Both the position numbers and the translations under genes were made by a program. From a virus: 64,000 nt of DNA. The stretch is taken from positions 35,939 through 99,938 of the IMG/VR virus record IMGVR_UViG_3300021519_000006; one strand, given 5' to 3'. Shown in pieces: positions 36,014-46,210 of the stretch. Each line of letters begins with the position of its first letter. The stretch's first letter is position 1. The notes under the pieces were generated by a model. The model was not told the origin of the DNA and did no database searches. It saw nothing but the letters and a program-made list of their open reading frames with translations.

Positions 36014-36847
36014 TTATTCCTCTGTGTAGGGATAACGTGTAGCTAAGTGCGTGCCACCAGCTCTTTTAATAGATTCTGCAATATTTTGATGCGCAAATTG
36101 AACTTTCTTGCGTCTCCCACTGGTCATAATAAATTCTGAATGCACGCGGCCTTTTGGCAAATGCCAAGTACTATTAATAAACGTACGGTTATCTTTAAGA
36201 GTAGGTACGGTTTCTCCGGCAGCCTTGCGCTCTTCAATTCTTTTTTGATGTCCAGCAAGCCGTGTTGAGTACTCTTGATGAAGAGCTGCGTCTTTGTCAG
36301 ACATGTGTTTACGAGAAGCAAGGTGTGCTACAACATCAGCTAGCTTGTAATACGTGCGGCTGTTTCCTACGTCTTCTCGTGTACCGCCATACTTATTCTC
36401 TACGGTCTTAGTTGCTAATGCTTTTTTACGTTTACCTGGCGTAGGCGCTCCAGCAGCGTTACTTGTTATGGTTATGTATTGTGGAATTGGGCTATAGCTC
36501 GCTTTACGAGCATCTGTTTTACCTGTAATACCTAAAGCATGTTTTAAAGAAGTACCTTCTGGTCCTTCATTGGTTAAGAAAGGAATTCCGTCTTCATCAA
36601 CAGGTGTTGGAGATTTTTCAGAGGCTCTACGCTCTGGCTTCATTGACATATTTGCACGAGTAATTTGCATTTCATCGTCAGCAGTAGATAGGTTACTTGC
36701 AGCCCGGGGTGCTACAGCAGCTGTATTTAGTATCTCGCCTTTAGGTGCGCTAGCGGGAGCGAAGTTTTCAGAACGGCTACCGCTAAAAGGAATATCAATT
36801 ACCCCAGACTTAGGTACATTTGGTTTTTCAGTAGCCATTAATTCCAC
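36014..36847 (-). CDS. basic hypothetical protein
   Basis: 277-aa ORF. Confidence 0.65.
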   Translation of the reverse strand: MELMATEKPNVPKSGVIDIPFSGSRSENFAPASAPKGEILNTAAVAPRAASNLSTADDEMQITRANMSMKPERRASEKSPTPVDEDGIPFLTNEGPEGTSLKHALGITGKTDARKASYSPIPQYITITSNAAGAPTPGKRKKALATKTVENKYGGTREDVGNSRTYYKLADVVAHLASRKHMSDKDAALHQEYSTRLAGHQKRIEERKAAGETVPTLKDNRTFINSTWHLPKGRVHSEFIMTSGRRKKVQFAHQNIAESIKRAGGTHLATRYPYTEE

Positions 36848-37380
36848 CGTGGTTTTAAATGCGTAAACTGCTGTGCAATTCGGGGATTAAATTCTGCAGG
36901 TACGTTTGCGGAAATATTTGCTTTACCATCATTAACTAGGTGAGGAGCTGGGGCCAAATCAAACTTAGGACTATTACGAATTACGTTCATAGTTAGTCCT
37001 CCGTCAATGTCGTCTTCTTTTACTCGCACCTTAAGTCTACGATCTGGTTTAAAATTTTCTGGCCACATGTAATCGCCTGGATCAATACGCTCGCCTTTGT
37101 GTACGCCGCGTTGGTAGCCACGTTGAGTTTGACGTGCTTTTAAAGAATCAAGAACTGTGTCTGATGCGGCATAAGGTTTTCCTTTATCATCACGACGTGA
37201 ACGAATTGTTCCTAGGTAACCATCTGGATACTCAGCGGAAGGGGTTCGCCCTACACCAAGGCGCAAAAAATCCATAGAGCTGCGAGGTACGATAGGAGTT
37301 CCGCCGCCACCGGTAGTGGTGTAGGCGCCTATGTACCCGCTAGCTCCTAGGTATTGCCAATTTTGGTGTGATTGAGGCAT
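36838..37380 (-). CDS. hypothetical protein
   Basis: 180-aa ORF; YPDGYLGT, YQRGVHKGER motifs. Confidence 0.7.
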   Translation of the reverse strand: MPQSHQNWQYLGASGYIGAYTTTGGGGTPIVPRSSMDFLRLGVGRTPSAEYPDGYLGTIRSRRDDKGKPYAASDTVLDSLKARQTQRGYQRGVHKGERIDPGDYMWPENFKPDRRLKVRVKEDDIDGGLTMNVIRNSPKFDLAPAPHLVNDGKANISANVPAEFNPRIAQQFTHLKPRWN

Positions 37381-37389
37381 GCCTAAATT

Positions 37390-37674
37390 TTACTTCTTTT
37401 TCTTGGCTGTGGCTTTCTTAGCTGCCTTATTATTTGAGTCATTTAGGATGGCATCTAGCTGCTTAGTGATCTCTGGAAGGGCTAGATTTACAAGGCCAAA
37501 TGCTGGGTCCTTTGGATTTAAAGCACGAAGTACTACAGGAAGGACTGCGGCAGCTCCTGCTGCGGCTAGACCTTTAAGGTCATGATTTCCTGTGCTCCAT
37601 ACTGCAAGAGCTGCTGCTAGGAATGAGCGGCCGTATGATGAAAGTGCTGCTGTTAATTTTGGATCGATTTTCAT
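37390..37674 (-). CDS. holin-like membrane protein
   Basis: SYGRSFLAA, two TM segments, LNPKD.AFG, basic tail. Confidence 0.65.
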   Translation of the reverse strand: MKIDPKLTAALSSYGRSFLAAALAVWSTGNHDLKGLAAAGAAAVLPVVLRALNPKDPAFGLVNLALPEITKQLDAILNDSNNKAAKKATAKKKK

Positions 37675-37677
37675 TTA

Positions 37678-37884
37678 CTACTCCTTATTATTTTTATCTG
37701 CGAGTAACGCATATAAGTCGTCAATTCTAGATTCAAGACGATTGACTGCGTCTTTCATTGAACTGCCCCCGTTTGGTTTTAATTCTGCTAGGTAGTGTTT
37801 AACCATCCAACGAATCATTATGGCAATTGAACCAATTAAGGAACAAATGGTTACTGCAAATGCTGCCCAGTCTTGAGGTGTCAT
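37678..37884 (-). CDS. single-TM coiled-coil membrane protein
   Basis: TM then ELKPNGGSSMKDAVNRLE. Confidence 0.7.
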   Translation of the reverse strand: MTPQDWAAFAVTICSLIGSIAIMIRWMVKHYLAELKPNGGSSMKDAVNRLESRIDDLYALLADKNNKE

Positions 37885-37983
37885 TGATTCTCCAGGGGAA
37901 GTTTAAGTGGTAAGGGTAACTATGATACACAAAATACACCGTGTCATGTTAAAGTATGATCATAGTCTTAAGGAGATAATACT

Positions 37984-40308
37984 ATAAGAACTCTGCGCCT
38001 ACTTGCAGCCTCATTTGTAGCACTATCCGCAGCTTTTTTTCCCATATTATTCGCAGAACCAGCCCACGCCACGTGTGTAACAACCGCACAGTCTATAGCT
38101 GCAGCGGCGACAGCCCCTGTTGTTTTAAATACTGAAGTAATTACACCGGGGGATACGCCTACAGCTACGTCTACACCCGTGCTTGTACAGGATACCTGTG
38201 GTGGAGATGATGTTTCTTATCAAGTTGCCTTACCCACCGCTATAAATTTTCAAGGCGATACTTATACAGCTGTCTACGCAACAACTAATTCAACTATTGT
38301 TTTTGGCCAACAAGATAATAATTACGCCACTTTTCCAAATAGACCTTCAATCTCAGTTAATGCTTATGATTGGGTGGTACTAGACCCTAATAACCCAAAC
38401 CCATCTAACTCATACCCAGCAGGGTGGAGGGCGCCTGACGAGCATTTAATTATTACTTCAAGTCAAGCAGGTTTTCAAGTTGATTTGGCGGTCCGCCCTT
38501 ATGGACAAAACGCCTCAGCCAACCCACTTTCAACAATTGTGGTGACTGCGGCAATTAACCCTGATAATACTTTGACTATTACTTATCTTTCAGATGTTCA
38601 GCAAGGCCTGAATACTAGAACAGGGGTTCGTTTACCTAATGGTCAGGTAGTTACTTTAGAACAAGCAGGTCTTACTCGTGTGTATATAGCACCAGTTGTA
38701 ACAGCAGAAGTAATTGTAGAACCTACTCCGAGTCCAACTCCCAGTCCAACTCCAACTCCAACGCCTTCACCATCTCCTTCAGAAACAGCAACGCCCCAGC
38801 CGAGCCCAACACCAGAACCAACAGTGACACCAGAACCTTCTTCATCGCCTAGTCCTTCCCCATCGCCTTCGATTTCGCCTGATCCAGAGCCATCTCCAAC
38901 TCCGACTGTTTCACCTTCACCGTCTCCCACTCCGACTTCTGAACCCACACCCACTCCGAGTCCAACGTCGACTTCAGGCACGGAAGTTTCGCCCACGCCT
39001 CAGCCACAGCAGTCTCCTGAGCCAACTCCTTCTCCAAGCGCCACACCCGAAGCAACACCGACCAGTACCCCAGCACCGAGCCCAGAGCCAACGCCAACAC
39101 CAATTCCACAACCATCACCATCTCCTACTCCTGATCCTGTTGCGCCAATAGTGCCTCCGAGTGTACCCGCAGTTGAGCCAACCCCTGCGCCGCAACCTCA
39201 ACCGCCGAGCGAACCGACTCCCGGACCTGCTCCCGACCCCGTTCCTCTTCCTCCATCAACGACTCCACCAGAGACTCCTCAGATCCCGACTCCATCCACC
39301 GATTTACCATCTGACGTGCCTCCTCCAGATACTGCTCCCATAGAGCCTCTTCCAGATTCCCCATTACCTATTTCTCCTGATCCTGTTGAAAATGTTCCAA
39401 CGCCCGCTCCAGAGCCTTCTCCAGAGGAAACACCCATTCCGGAACCTGCCCCTGTTGATACCCCTGTTGACGAATCTCCTGCACCTGTGCCAGTAGATCC
39501 TGCACCTGTAGAGGAACCTGCTCCAGTTGATGTACCATCCGTAGATCCTACCACTCCTGAAGAGCCACCTGTTGCAATTCCTGACCCTATAGATGCAATT
39601 GGTGATCCAGTGGACCCCCCAATAGATCCCCCACTACCTGTTGAAGAGCCTCCAGCAACTGTTGAAGAAGCAGTAACAGCTACTGTGGATGATGCGTTAT
39701 CTGATGGAAAGCTTTCTGCTTCAGATGCTGATGCAATTATGGAATCTTTAAACGCAGATGGAGAAGTTACTGCAGAAGAAGTGTCCGCCCTATCTGATGC
39801 TTTATCAGCAGATGGCAAACTTACTACTGCTGAAAAAGATCTTGTAGCGGAAGCACTTATTGAGTCAGTAGCGCCAGGAGAAACTCTTACTAAAGAGCAA
39901 ATTCAAGACGCGGGCATTGAGTATAAAGACCTTCCACCAGAGACTCCTGTTGAGGTTAGGCAGGATGAAAATGGAAATGAAGTTATCATTACAGCAGACG
40001 TTGCCGCAGCTCTTGTATTACTAGAGAACCCAGCGGAATTAATTGGTGAATTATTTAGTGACCCAGGTCAAGCCCTCCAAGCACTCGGAAGTATCGGTGC
40101 GGATATGAGCCCACAAGAACGAGAAGAAGCACAAAAGATGGTTGTTGCTGCCGTTATTGCAGGTAATGCTGCTATTAACGCAGTAGGGGCCGCAGCTTCT
40201 GCTGCAGGTGGAGCTACCCAAAGTGGTGGTAGTACCGGTGGCGGTGGCAGTTCTGGTGGCGGTGGAGCTTCCGGAGAAACTAAAGGCGTTAGGAGACGTA
40301 AACCTTGA
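37984..40308 (+). CDS. secreted, C-terminally anchored Pro/Ser/Thr-rich surface protein; probable ATA start
   Basis: frame open back to TAA at 37969; signal peptide [29 protein letters not shown]; (PS/PT)n linker; DGKL repeats; hydrophobic segment then RRRKP. Confidence 0.75.
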   Translation: MRTLRLLAASFVALSAAFFPILFAEPAHATCVTTAQSIAAAATAPVVLNTEVITPGDTPTATSTPVLVQDTCGGDDVSYQVALPTAINFQGDTYTAVYATTNSTIVFGQQDNNYATFPNRPSISVNAYDWVVLDPNNPNPSNSYPAGWRAPDEHLIITSSQAGFQVDLAVRPYGQNASANPLSTIVVTAAINPDNTLTITYLSDVQQGLNTRTGVRLPNGQVVTLEQAGLTRVYIAPVVTAEVIVEPTPSPTPSPTPTPTPSPSPSETATPQPSPTPEPTVTPEPSSSPSPSPSPSISPDPEPSPTPTVSPSPSPTPTSEPTPTPSPTSTSGTEVSPTPQPQQSPEPTPSPSATPEATPTSTPAPSPEPTPTPIPQPSPSPTPDPVAPIVPPSVPAVEPTPAPQPQPPSEPTPGPAPDPVPLPPSTTPPETPQIPTPSTDLPSDVPPPDTAPIEPLPDSPLPISPDPVENVPTPAPEPSPEETPIPEPAPVDTPVDESPAPVPVDPAPVEEPAPVDVPSVDPTTPEEPPVAIPDPIDAIGDPVDPPIDPPLPVEEPPATVEEAVTATVDDALSDGKLSASDADAIMESLNADGEVTAEEVSALSDALSADGKLTTAEKDLVAEALIESVAPGETLTKEQIQDAGIEYKDLPPETPVEVRQDENGNEVIITADVAAALVLLENPAELIGELFSDPGQALQALGSIGADMSPQEREEAQKMVVAAVIAGNAAINAVGAAASAAGGATQSGGSTGGGGSSGGGGASGETKGVRRRKP

Positions 40309-40478
40309 AAAAAGTATTCACAGACATGATTAACCAATTATGGACATTGTTAGGCATGTTTATTGCCTGGGTTGTTCTTGATGGATCTGCTAAGACAATT
40401 GTTGGTTATGGAATTATTGGAACACTATTTGCTTGGGCGATCACCTACTCACTTCGTAACCCAAAGGATGAAGAATAA
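40305..40478 (+). CDS. 57-aa two-TM membrane protein (absent from track)
   Basis: [27 protein letters not shown]...; AGGAG SD; overlaps both neighbours. Confidence 0.7.
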   Translation: MKKVFTDMINQLWTLLGMFIAWVVLDGSAKTIVGYGIIGTLFAWAITYSLRNPKDEE

Positions 40479-40849
40479 TGTTTAAAACATTTGGAAATAT
40501 CATTCTCCGTATCGTTGCAGTTTTTGCTGCTAGCGGTCTCGGAGTTATTGGTGCTGGCTCTATTGCCGGCATCTCTGTATTAAAAGCTGTAACAGTAGCT
40601 GGCCTAACAGCGGTTGCAGCAGTGGTAGAAAAACTTGCTCGTGGTTTTATGAACGATGGCAAGCTTTCATTAGATGAAATTAATTCAGCGTTTGCTGCAG
40701 TTGACGTAAATTCTAAGACAGCAGCTGATCTTCAAGTTGAAGCTAACCAGTCAGGCGTAGCCGTAACAATTGCGCCAACAACTACTTTAGGTAAAGCTGA
40801 AGGAGAAGTTCCTGCAGAACATCCAGTAGATGAGGATTGGGACAAGTAA
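40478..40849 (+). CDS. holin-like membrane protein
   Basis: two hydrophobic helices, NDGKLSLDEIN motif, directly upstream of endolysin. Confidence 0.65.
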   Translation: MFKTFGNIILRIVAVFAASGLGVIGAGSIAGISVLKAVTVAGLTAVAAVVEKLARGFMNDGKLSLDEINSAFAAVDVNSKTAADLQVEANQSGVAVTIAPTTTLGKAEGEVPAEHPVDEDWDK

Positions 40850-41397
40850 TGGCAGATAAAGGAACAGCAGCTAAGCTCATTGAAGTTGCTACAGCTGAAC
40901 TTGGAACAATTGAAGGTCCTAAGGACAACGAAACTAAGTACGGTGCTTACACAAAAGCTAACTTTCAGCCATGGTGCGGGTCATTTGTAAACTGGTGCGC
41001 TAACGAAGCCGGTGTAAAGGTACCCAATACTGTTTACACTCCTGGTGGAGCAGCAGCATTTAAGAAAGCTAACTCTTGGATTGATGGGGATTTAGCTGAT
41101 CCAGATGCAGGCGATATTGCTTATTTTGATTTCCCATCAGATGGCGTAGACCGTATCTCTCACGTTGGAATTGTTATCAAGGACAACGGCGATGGAACTG
41201 TTTGGTGCATTGAAGGAAACACAAGCCCAGATGATAAAGGTTCACAGCGTAACGGTGGTCAAGTTTCTAAAAAGCTTCGTGCTTACAAGAAAAACCCTAA
41301 AAAGGTTATGATTTCAATTGTAGGCTTCGGTCGCCCTAAGTTTGGTGCAGCACCAGCTAAAGCAGCTTCAACTAAGTGCCCAACTTGCGGTAAATAA
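40849..41397 (+). CDS. CHAP-domain endolysin
   Basis: PWCGSFV, SHVGIV, IEGNT. Confidence 0.88.
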   Translation: MADKGTAAKLIEVATAELGTIEGPKDNETKYGAYTKANFQPWCGSFVNWCANEAGVKVPNTVYTPGGAAAFKKANSWIDGDLADPDAGDIAYFDFPSDGVDRISHVGIVIKDNGDGTVWCIEGNTSPDDKGSQRNGGQVSKKLRAYKKNPKKVMISIVGFGRPKFGAAPAKAASTKCPTCGK

Positions 41398-41485
41398 TGT
41401 ATTACCTCACACACATCACATTCCAAGGAACGTTTTTAGTAACGTTAGTCGTTACTACTGTCCTTGGAATGTGGTGGTCTGAGCG

Positions 41486-42673
41486 CTAGCGGTCGTTTCT
41501 ACCGCCTAAAACAACTAACTCACGTCGAGGATCCATATCCTCACCAAGTACTAACGAAATAATTCCTGGTGCGCTTTCAAGCCCAGACTTATCACGGAAC
41601 CATGCTGAACCGTTGTCCATTGCTGGGTTCTGAATAAACAATCTTGGCCCTACGTTTTGTGAACGATAATGATGGTAATGGCCAACGTTAAGAATATCTG
41701 CTTGTGCTACAGAGCAACGGCCCATAGCTTGTCCAGCCCACCACTTAACCATGTCACGAGCTTGGTGACCGTGAGCCATGCCGTACATAACCCCACTTAG
41801 ATTAATTGTAAGTGTGCTGTCATCTGATGCTGGGTAACGGAATTCAACGCGATCTCGCAAGAAATCATTTTCTTTACAAATGTCTTCTACTGAAGCTACT
41901 ACGTCGATCTGCCAAGAATCTTCTGGCCGTCCAACTAAGAAACGCTGAACTTCGTCGTGGTTACCGGGCACTACAGGGACAATAATCTTCTCTGCTAATG
42001 GTGCAAATGCTTTAATCTGCGCAAGAAGCATACGACGTCCTACACGTACTTGTTCTGATACGCCAATGTCATGGCGCCCCATTACTTTACCTTTTTGGCT
42101 TGTCATACCTTCAATGCAATCGCCCAGTTGTGGCAACGCAATTTGACCAATGTTGTACTTCTTTGTTAAATATTTATGGTGTTCTACCGCTTCGTCTAAA
42201 GAACGTAGCACTCTGTTTATGATTGCGGGAGTGTCGTCTTTTCCGTACTGCGTGTCACCAATGCTGTATACAGCAGTCAATTCACCTTTGTTTTCTGAAA
42301 CTTTTCCTGGCTTCCATTTATTAATAGTGCCAAGTAATTCTGCTAAGTCGTAATCTTTTTCTAATGTACCGTGTACCGGTACAACGTTAACTCTAAATGA
42401 CTCTAACCAGTCTCCGTCATACTTTTGCCAACGTGAGCGACGATGTGAAATTACTGCCCACTCTGCGGGATCTAAATTTGCTTCACGTAAAATTTCTTCA
42501 GCGTTAGGTGTATTACCATCTGGTCGTGGTGTTGATACTACAAAGCCCCCATCAGTACCGATTTCAGAACGTGGACGCCAAGCTTCTGGAATACTTTTAT
42601 TTGCTTTGTCAGATCCTTCTTGACCTGCTTTTATAATTGATTCGTTGTAATCATCCGCTAGGGACATCCGCAT
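41486..42673 (-). CDS. calcineurin-like metallophosphoesterase
   Basis: GDTQ, GDCIE, GNHD, HGH, GHYH. Confidence 0.85.
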   Translation of the reverse strand: MRMSLADDYNESIIKAGQEGSDKANKSIPEAWRPRSEIGTDGGFVVSTPRPDGNTPNAEEILREANLDPAEWAVISHRRSRWQKYDGDWLESFRVNVVPVHGTLEKDYDLAELLGTINKWKPGKVSENKGELTAVYSIGDTQYGKDDTPAIINRVLRSLDEAVEHHKYLTKKYNIGQIALPQLGDCIEGMTSQKGKVMGRHDIGVSEQVRVGRRMLLAQIKAFAPLAEKIIVPVVPGNHDEVQRFLVGRPEDSWQIDVVASVEDICKENDFLRDRVEFRYPASDDSTLTINLSGVMYGMAHGHQARDMVKWWAGQAMGRCSVAQADILNVGHYHHYRSQNVGPRLFIQNPAMDNGSAWFRDKSGLESAPGIISLVLGEDMDPRRELVVLGGRNDR

Positions 42674-42891
42674 TCTCCGTTTCGGTGTATGAGCAAAGAC
42701 GATAGCCCAAAGGTTGCGCCAGCTTTTTTATACAATTTAAAAAGACCTCTTGTTGAGAAGTCTACATCATTAATTGATGTATCAAAGGCTGCTTTATCAG
42801 ATTCTGATAAAGATATTGCCCATTGCCCTATTAAACAATAGTTACTAAATTTAATTTGTTCTTTAGCGTCTAAGTATAAATCGTCTAACAT
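42658..42891 (-). CDS. hypothetical protein
   Basis: C...HRNGECGC; GGAGG SD. Confidence 0.65.
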   Translation of the reverse strand: MLDDLYLDAKEQIKFSNYCLIGQWAISLSESDKAAFDTSINDVDFSTRGLFKLYKKAGATFGLSSLLIHRNGECGCP

Positions 42892-42910
42892 GTATACCCT
42901 CCGTAATGCA

Positions 42911-42942
42911 GAAATAGGCCCCGGGATTAATCCCGAGGCCTA
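42911..42942 (-). terminator. intrinsic terminator
   Basis: minus strand TAGGCCTCGGGA-TTAA-TCCCGGGGCCTA-TTTC. Confidence 0.65.
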
Positions 42943-42957
42943 CAACTGTACACGAAA

Positions 42958-43323
42958 TTAGTACGAAGCGCCGTTTCCTGCGTCAAAGTTTGAGCGAGAA
43001 CGGTCTGTTGCTGTATTAATAATGATGCCATTTGCCTGAGTTTCACCAGCTGCTGGGTCAGTCATTTTTGTGTAGCGTACTGCTGAAATTCCATATGAAG
43101 CGCCTTTGCGCTCGCCAGTGTAAGGAACGTTGGCACGAGTGCCTTTTCCTCCAGCTGTTGGGTCTCCAGCTTGTGCTCCCTTTTTGGGAACCAATGTTGT
43201 ATTTGTATTTCCTGATGCTCCTGGAGCTGTAAAGGCTACGCCTTCACGACCCATAACTGAACGTCCTTGCTGTGCTGCGCCTGCTAAGGCTTCTTCAGGA
43301 CTAGGAATTGTTGAGCGTGCCAT
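42958..43323 (-). CDS. A/G/T-rich hypothetical protein
   Basis: 121-aa ORF. Confidence 0.65.
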   Translation of the reverse strand: MARSTIPSPEEALAGAAQQGRSVMGREGVAFTAPGASGNTNTTLVPKKGAQAGDPTAGGKGTRANVPYTGERKGASYGISAVRYTKMTDPAAGETQANGIIINTATDRSRSNFDAGNGASY

Positions 43324-43368
43324 GTGGGTACCTATCTATGATTAGAGATCTCTTGGAATAAGGATATA

Positions 43369-43650
43369 TCAACTTACGTTAATGGTAAAGACTATCGCAG
43401 AAATTTGTCCATCTCTTGAGTCAACTGTTGTAAAACCTGGGCGACAGGTTAAATCTAAGCCACGGGGAGCGACGTACCCTCTGGCAATAGCAATTGCTTT
43501 GACAGCCTGATTTACTGCGGAGGCTCCTACTGCTCTTAGTTTGACCTGAGGGGTCTCGTAAAGGGCATGTGCAATAGCCGATCCAACAGATTGTGCATTA
43601 GATCCTGCGCCTACGCGAAGGAACTTTTCTTCATTTTCTTTATCAATCAC
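43369..43650 (-). CDS. spoVS: SpoVS-family (Alba-like) protein
   Basis: SVGSAIA...AVGASAVNQAVKAIAIARGYVAP.G.DL...PGF; start reassigned to GTG after AAGGA. Confidence 0.88.
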   Translation of the reverse strand: MIDKENEEKFLRVGAGSNAQSVGSAIAHALYETPQVKLRAVGASAVNQAVKAIAIARGYVAPRGLDLTCRPGFTTVDSRDGQISAIVFTINVS

Positions 43651-43709
43651 GATTTTGTAGTCCTTTAGGTTCGAATTAAATTCGCCCACCTAAGAACAAG
43701 GTACGTGAT

Positions 43710-44060
43710 TTATGTGGTTCCGTCAGCGTATCCAGCTTCTTTTAATAATTGTACAAAGTCTTCTAATCGCAAGATTACTGGCCACTCCCCGATACTGACC
43801 TCTCCTTGGCCATTGAGGCGTAGAACTGCTACCGGCAGGTCTTTGCCATTGTGTCGGTCCTTGAGCTGTTTTATAGCTGCACTGGGGTTGAACCCTGTGC
43901 GAGCTTTTACTTCCCAATCAATGCCTATAGTTCCTGTGACATCTGTGCCTGAACGCCCTGCCCCAGTGGACTCGGCGTATGGCCAACCATTTTCAACCAG
44001 GTAATTAGCTACAATTTTTTGAGATTTATAGCCCCTGTGTTTACGACTCTGGGAAGGCAT
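43710..44060 (-). CDS. Holliday junction resolvase (PD-(D/E)xK)
   Basis: RKHRG, GTDV, EVK. Confidence 0.75.
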   Translation of the reverse strand: MPSQSRKHRGYKSQKIVANYLVENGWPYAESTGAGRSGTDVTGTIGIDWEVKARTGFNPSAAIKQLKDRHNGKDLPVAVLRLNGQGEVSIGEWPVILRLEDFVQLLKEAGYADGTT

Positions 44061-44164
44061 TATTTGTGCTCCTTCATATGTCTACTTAAACTGTCATGAG
44101 CAAAAATGCCCCAGCGTAATTCCCATTCTTTTTTACAAGTTGGGCAAACTACTACCCTAGACAA
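44060..44164 (-). CDS. 34-aa C2H2-type Zn finger peptide (absent from track)
   Basis: CPTC...L.RHMKEH; fills the gap with overlaps on both sides. Confidence 0.5.
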   Translation of the reverse strand: MSRVVVCPTCKKEWELRWGIFAHDSLSRHMKEHK

Positions 44165-44690
44165 TATTTGCCATCCTTGTTTGAAGAAGGGTTTTAAGCT
44201 CCTCAATAGAACCATTATTAGTAAAAATTTGATCTACTGGATAACCCTCTAGCTCATGTTCTGAAACATGACTGTTTACAGCTGTAATCCCAGTGCGTTT
44301 AATTCGCCAAACTTGACCGCCATAATTTTCAACGGCCTCCGCTTCATTTGTAAACCTAACGTCAGGTATAACAATTTTATTAGTAGGAACTACGGTTTTT
44401 AAAGCCTCATAAATCCAAAAATCTTCACCAAATAATTTACGAGCGCCAACACCCATATCTTGCAATAATCGTCGTACTTGAGGCTCTTGTTTAGCCGCAT
44501 CCCAGCCAACAAGATTTATTAAATCTTGTAAATATCCAGTTGGGCTACAACCAACCATGGGGTTAACTTCATATAAAAAGTTACGAATTTTGTCAGCAAA
44601 AGCTATGCGTGTGTATCCATACTCTTCTACAAGAATGTTTGCAAGAGTGTCTTTACCTGACTGGGCGTACCCCGTAAGTCCAATAATCAT
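44157..44690 (-). CDS. deoxynucleoside monophosphate kinase
   Basis: GYAQSGKDT, FAD, RRLLQ, DVRF.NE, HVSE. Confidence 0.9.
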   Translation of the reverse strand: MIIGLTGYAQSGKDTLANILVEEYGYTRIAFADKIRNFLYEVNPMVGCSPTGYLQDLINLVGWDAAKQEPQVRRLLQDMGVGARKLFGEDFWIYEALKTVVPTNKIVIPDVRFTNEAEAVENYGGQVWRIKRTGITAVNSHVSEHELEGYPVDQIFTNNGSIEELKTLLQTRMANIV

Positions 44691-45172
44691 GTTGTAAATT
44701 TCCTTTGTCTAGATCGAAGTCCGCCACCGTCGGAGGTGCGCCGGGTAAGTTCACGGCTTACTACTTGAGAGTCACGCTCTACGTTATTAGCTCTAGTCTC
44801 TAATAGTTTACGAAAAGCATACTTAGTATTTAGATCGTCATACAACTCCTCTACTTCAGGACTAGCGGTAACCTGTGCTTTAATAACGGTAACTTTGTCT
44901 CCGCCTTTTGCTCCAGTCCAATTAGCCATCATTGCTCTAGCCTCTGCAACGTCTACGTTGCGTTGAGCCTCACGTTCATTAATCACTGCAAGTGCATGTG
45001 CACCTGAAAGGTGATCGTTCCATTGAGTAAACTGTACAAATAGATCCATAAGACCTTCGTCGTCTAGTTCAGTAATATCACGAGGAAGATCTGGAATGCT
45101 GTAGCCAGGTTTAGCTGACAAACTAATGCCAAGCTCCCCCAAAGAATCTAATACTTTACGGCTGATACTCAC
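44687..45172 (-). CDS. coiled-coil hypothetical protein
   Basis: SRELTRR motif; start likely GTG overlapping upstream stop. Confidence 0.65.
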   Translation of the reverse strand: MSISRKVLDSLGELGISLSAKPGYSIPDLPRDITELDDEGLMDLFVQFTQWNDHLSGAHALAVINEREAQRNVDVAEARAMMANWTGAKGGDKVTVIKAQVTASPEVEELYDDLNTKYAFRKLLETRANNVERDSQVVSRELTRRTSDGGGLRSRQRKFTT

Positions 45173-45336
45173 TGTCCGCCCCACCCTCCGCCTTTAAAGT
45201 GAACGGCCGGTGGCGTAAAAACTTTAGTCATAAAGTTGCCGCACCTATCGCAAGCTGGACGCTCTACTGAATCAACAGTAATGTGCATTTCAACAGTAGA
45301 GTCGCAAGGTACACATGTAAAATCATACTTTGGCAT
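45169..45336 (-). CDS. FmdB-family Zn-ribbon protein (absent from track)
   Basis: MPKYDFTCVPC...CDRCG...FKGGGW. Confidence 0.8.
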   Translation of the reverse strand: MPKYDFTCVPCDSTVEMHITVDSVERPACDRCGNFMTKVFTPPAVHFKGGGWGGQ

Positions 45337-46210
45337 TTTTTACCTCCTGGTAAGGCTCGCAACGGGTACAGCCCTTTACAGGATCAATACTACACACCGG
45401 TGGGCGGTTGTTGTCAACGGCCCAAGAAACGTCCATAGCTTTCTCAAAGATCTCAGCTGTAAACTCTGGGTTGTACTTTACTGTGAACTCTTTGTAATCT
45501 TGATTAGATTTAAGTTCATAAATAAATACAATCTCTTTTGGAGCAGACTTTAGTAGACCTTCTTCAACCATTAGATGGCAAAGATGTAGGTAAACCTGAC
45601 CTTGAAGTTGGTGGGTGCGGAATGGCGCACGAATATTGCGCCACGCTTTGTCTAAATCTCCGTCAGCTTGTGCAAGTAATGCTGGGGCTTCAAAGCGAAG
45701 AGTTCCTGCACCAATAGATTTAATTTCAATTAAGAAGTCAGCACCTAAAGTTTTAACCCAACCATCAGTATGCCCAGCCATCTTATGCTTTGCACTAGTT
45801 AAGGGGAACTCAGCATAGGTGTGTGCACTAGTTACTTTAGAAGAAAGCTTTGGCCCACTTCTTTTATTGCCTTTTTGCCAATAGCCATAAAGCACGCCCA
45901 TCTCTTGTAGCCAAGTTTGCCACTTAGCGTGAATGGTGTGTCCTTCTGCAAAGATAGATGCCAGACGAAGTGCTGGCTTCTCTCTAGTCTCTACATAGTC
46001 TCCGCGTAGTGCATGGTATTGAGCCAATGAACACCACTCTGGTTTAATAATGTCAGAAGGATGAATAACATCCATACGACGATTATCAAAAGGTTTTGCT
46101 AATAGGTGGCGCTCAACTGAGCCCATCAAACGTGTATCTCGCTTAGCAGCATTAAGAAAAGTCTTAAGCTCTTTACTCTGAAGTATGCGAGGTTTCTCTG
46201 TACTTGCCAT
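45323..46210 (-). CDS. Cas4-like PD-(D/E)xK exonuclease
   Basis: HPS...C, GHTDG, EIKS, Q.Q.Y, C-terminal C...CxxC. Confidence 0.8.
   Translation of the reverse strand: MASTEKPRILQSKELKTFLNAAKRDTRLMGSVERHLLAKPFDNRRMDVIHPSDIIKPEWCSLAQYHALRGDYVETREKPALRLASIFAEGHTIHAKWQTWLQEMGVLYGYWQKGNKRSGPKLSSKVTSAHTYAEFPLTSAKHKMAGHTDGWVKTLGADFLIEIKSIGAGTLRFEAPALLAQADGDLDKAWRNIRAPFRTHQLQGQVYLHLCHLMVEEGLLKSAPKEIVFIYELKSNQDYKEFTVKYNPEFTAEIFEKAMDVSWAVDNNRPPVCSIDPVKGCTRCEPYQEVKNAKV

Noticed and set aside
38643-40337. Minus-strand G/V/E-rich ORFs in the track
   Set aside because: Antisense shadows of the Pro/Ser/Thr repeats of the plus-strand gene.
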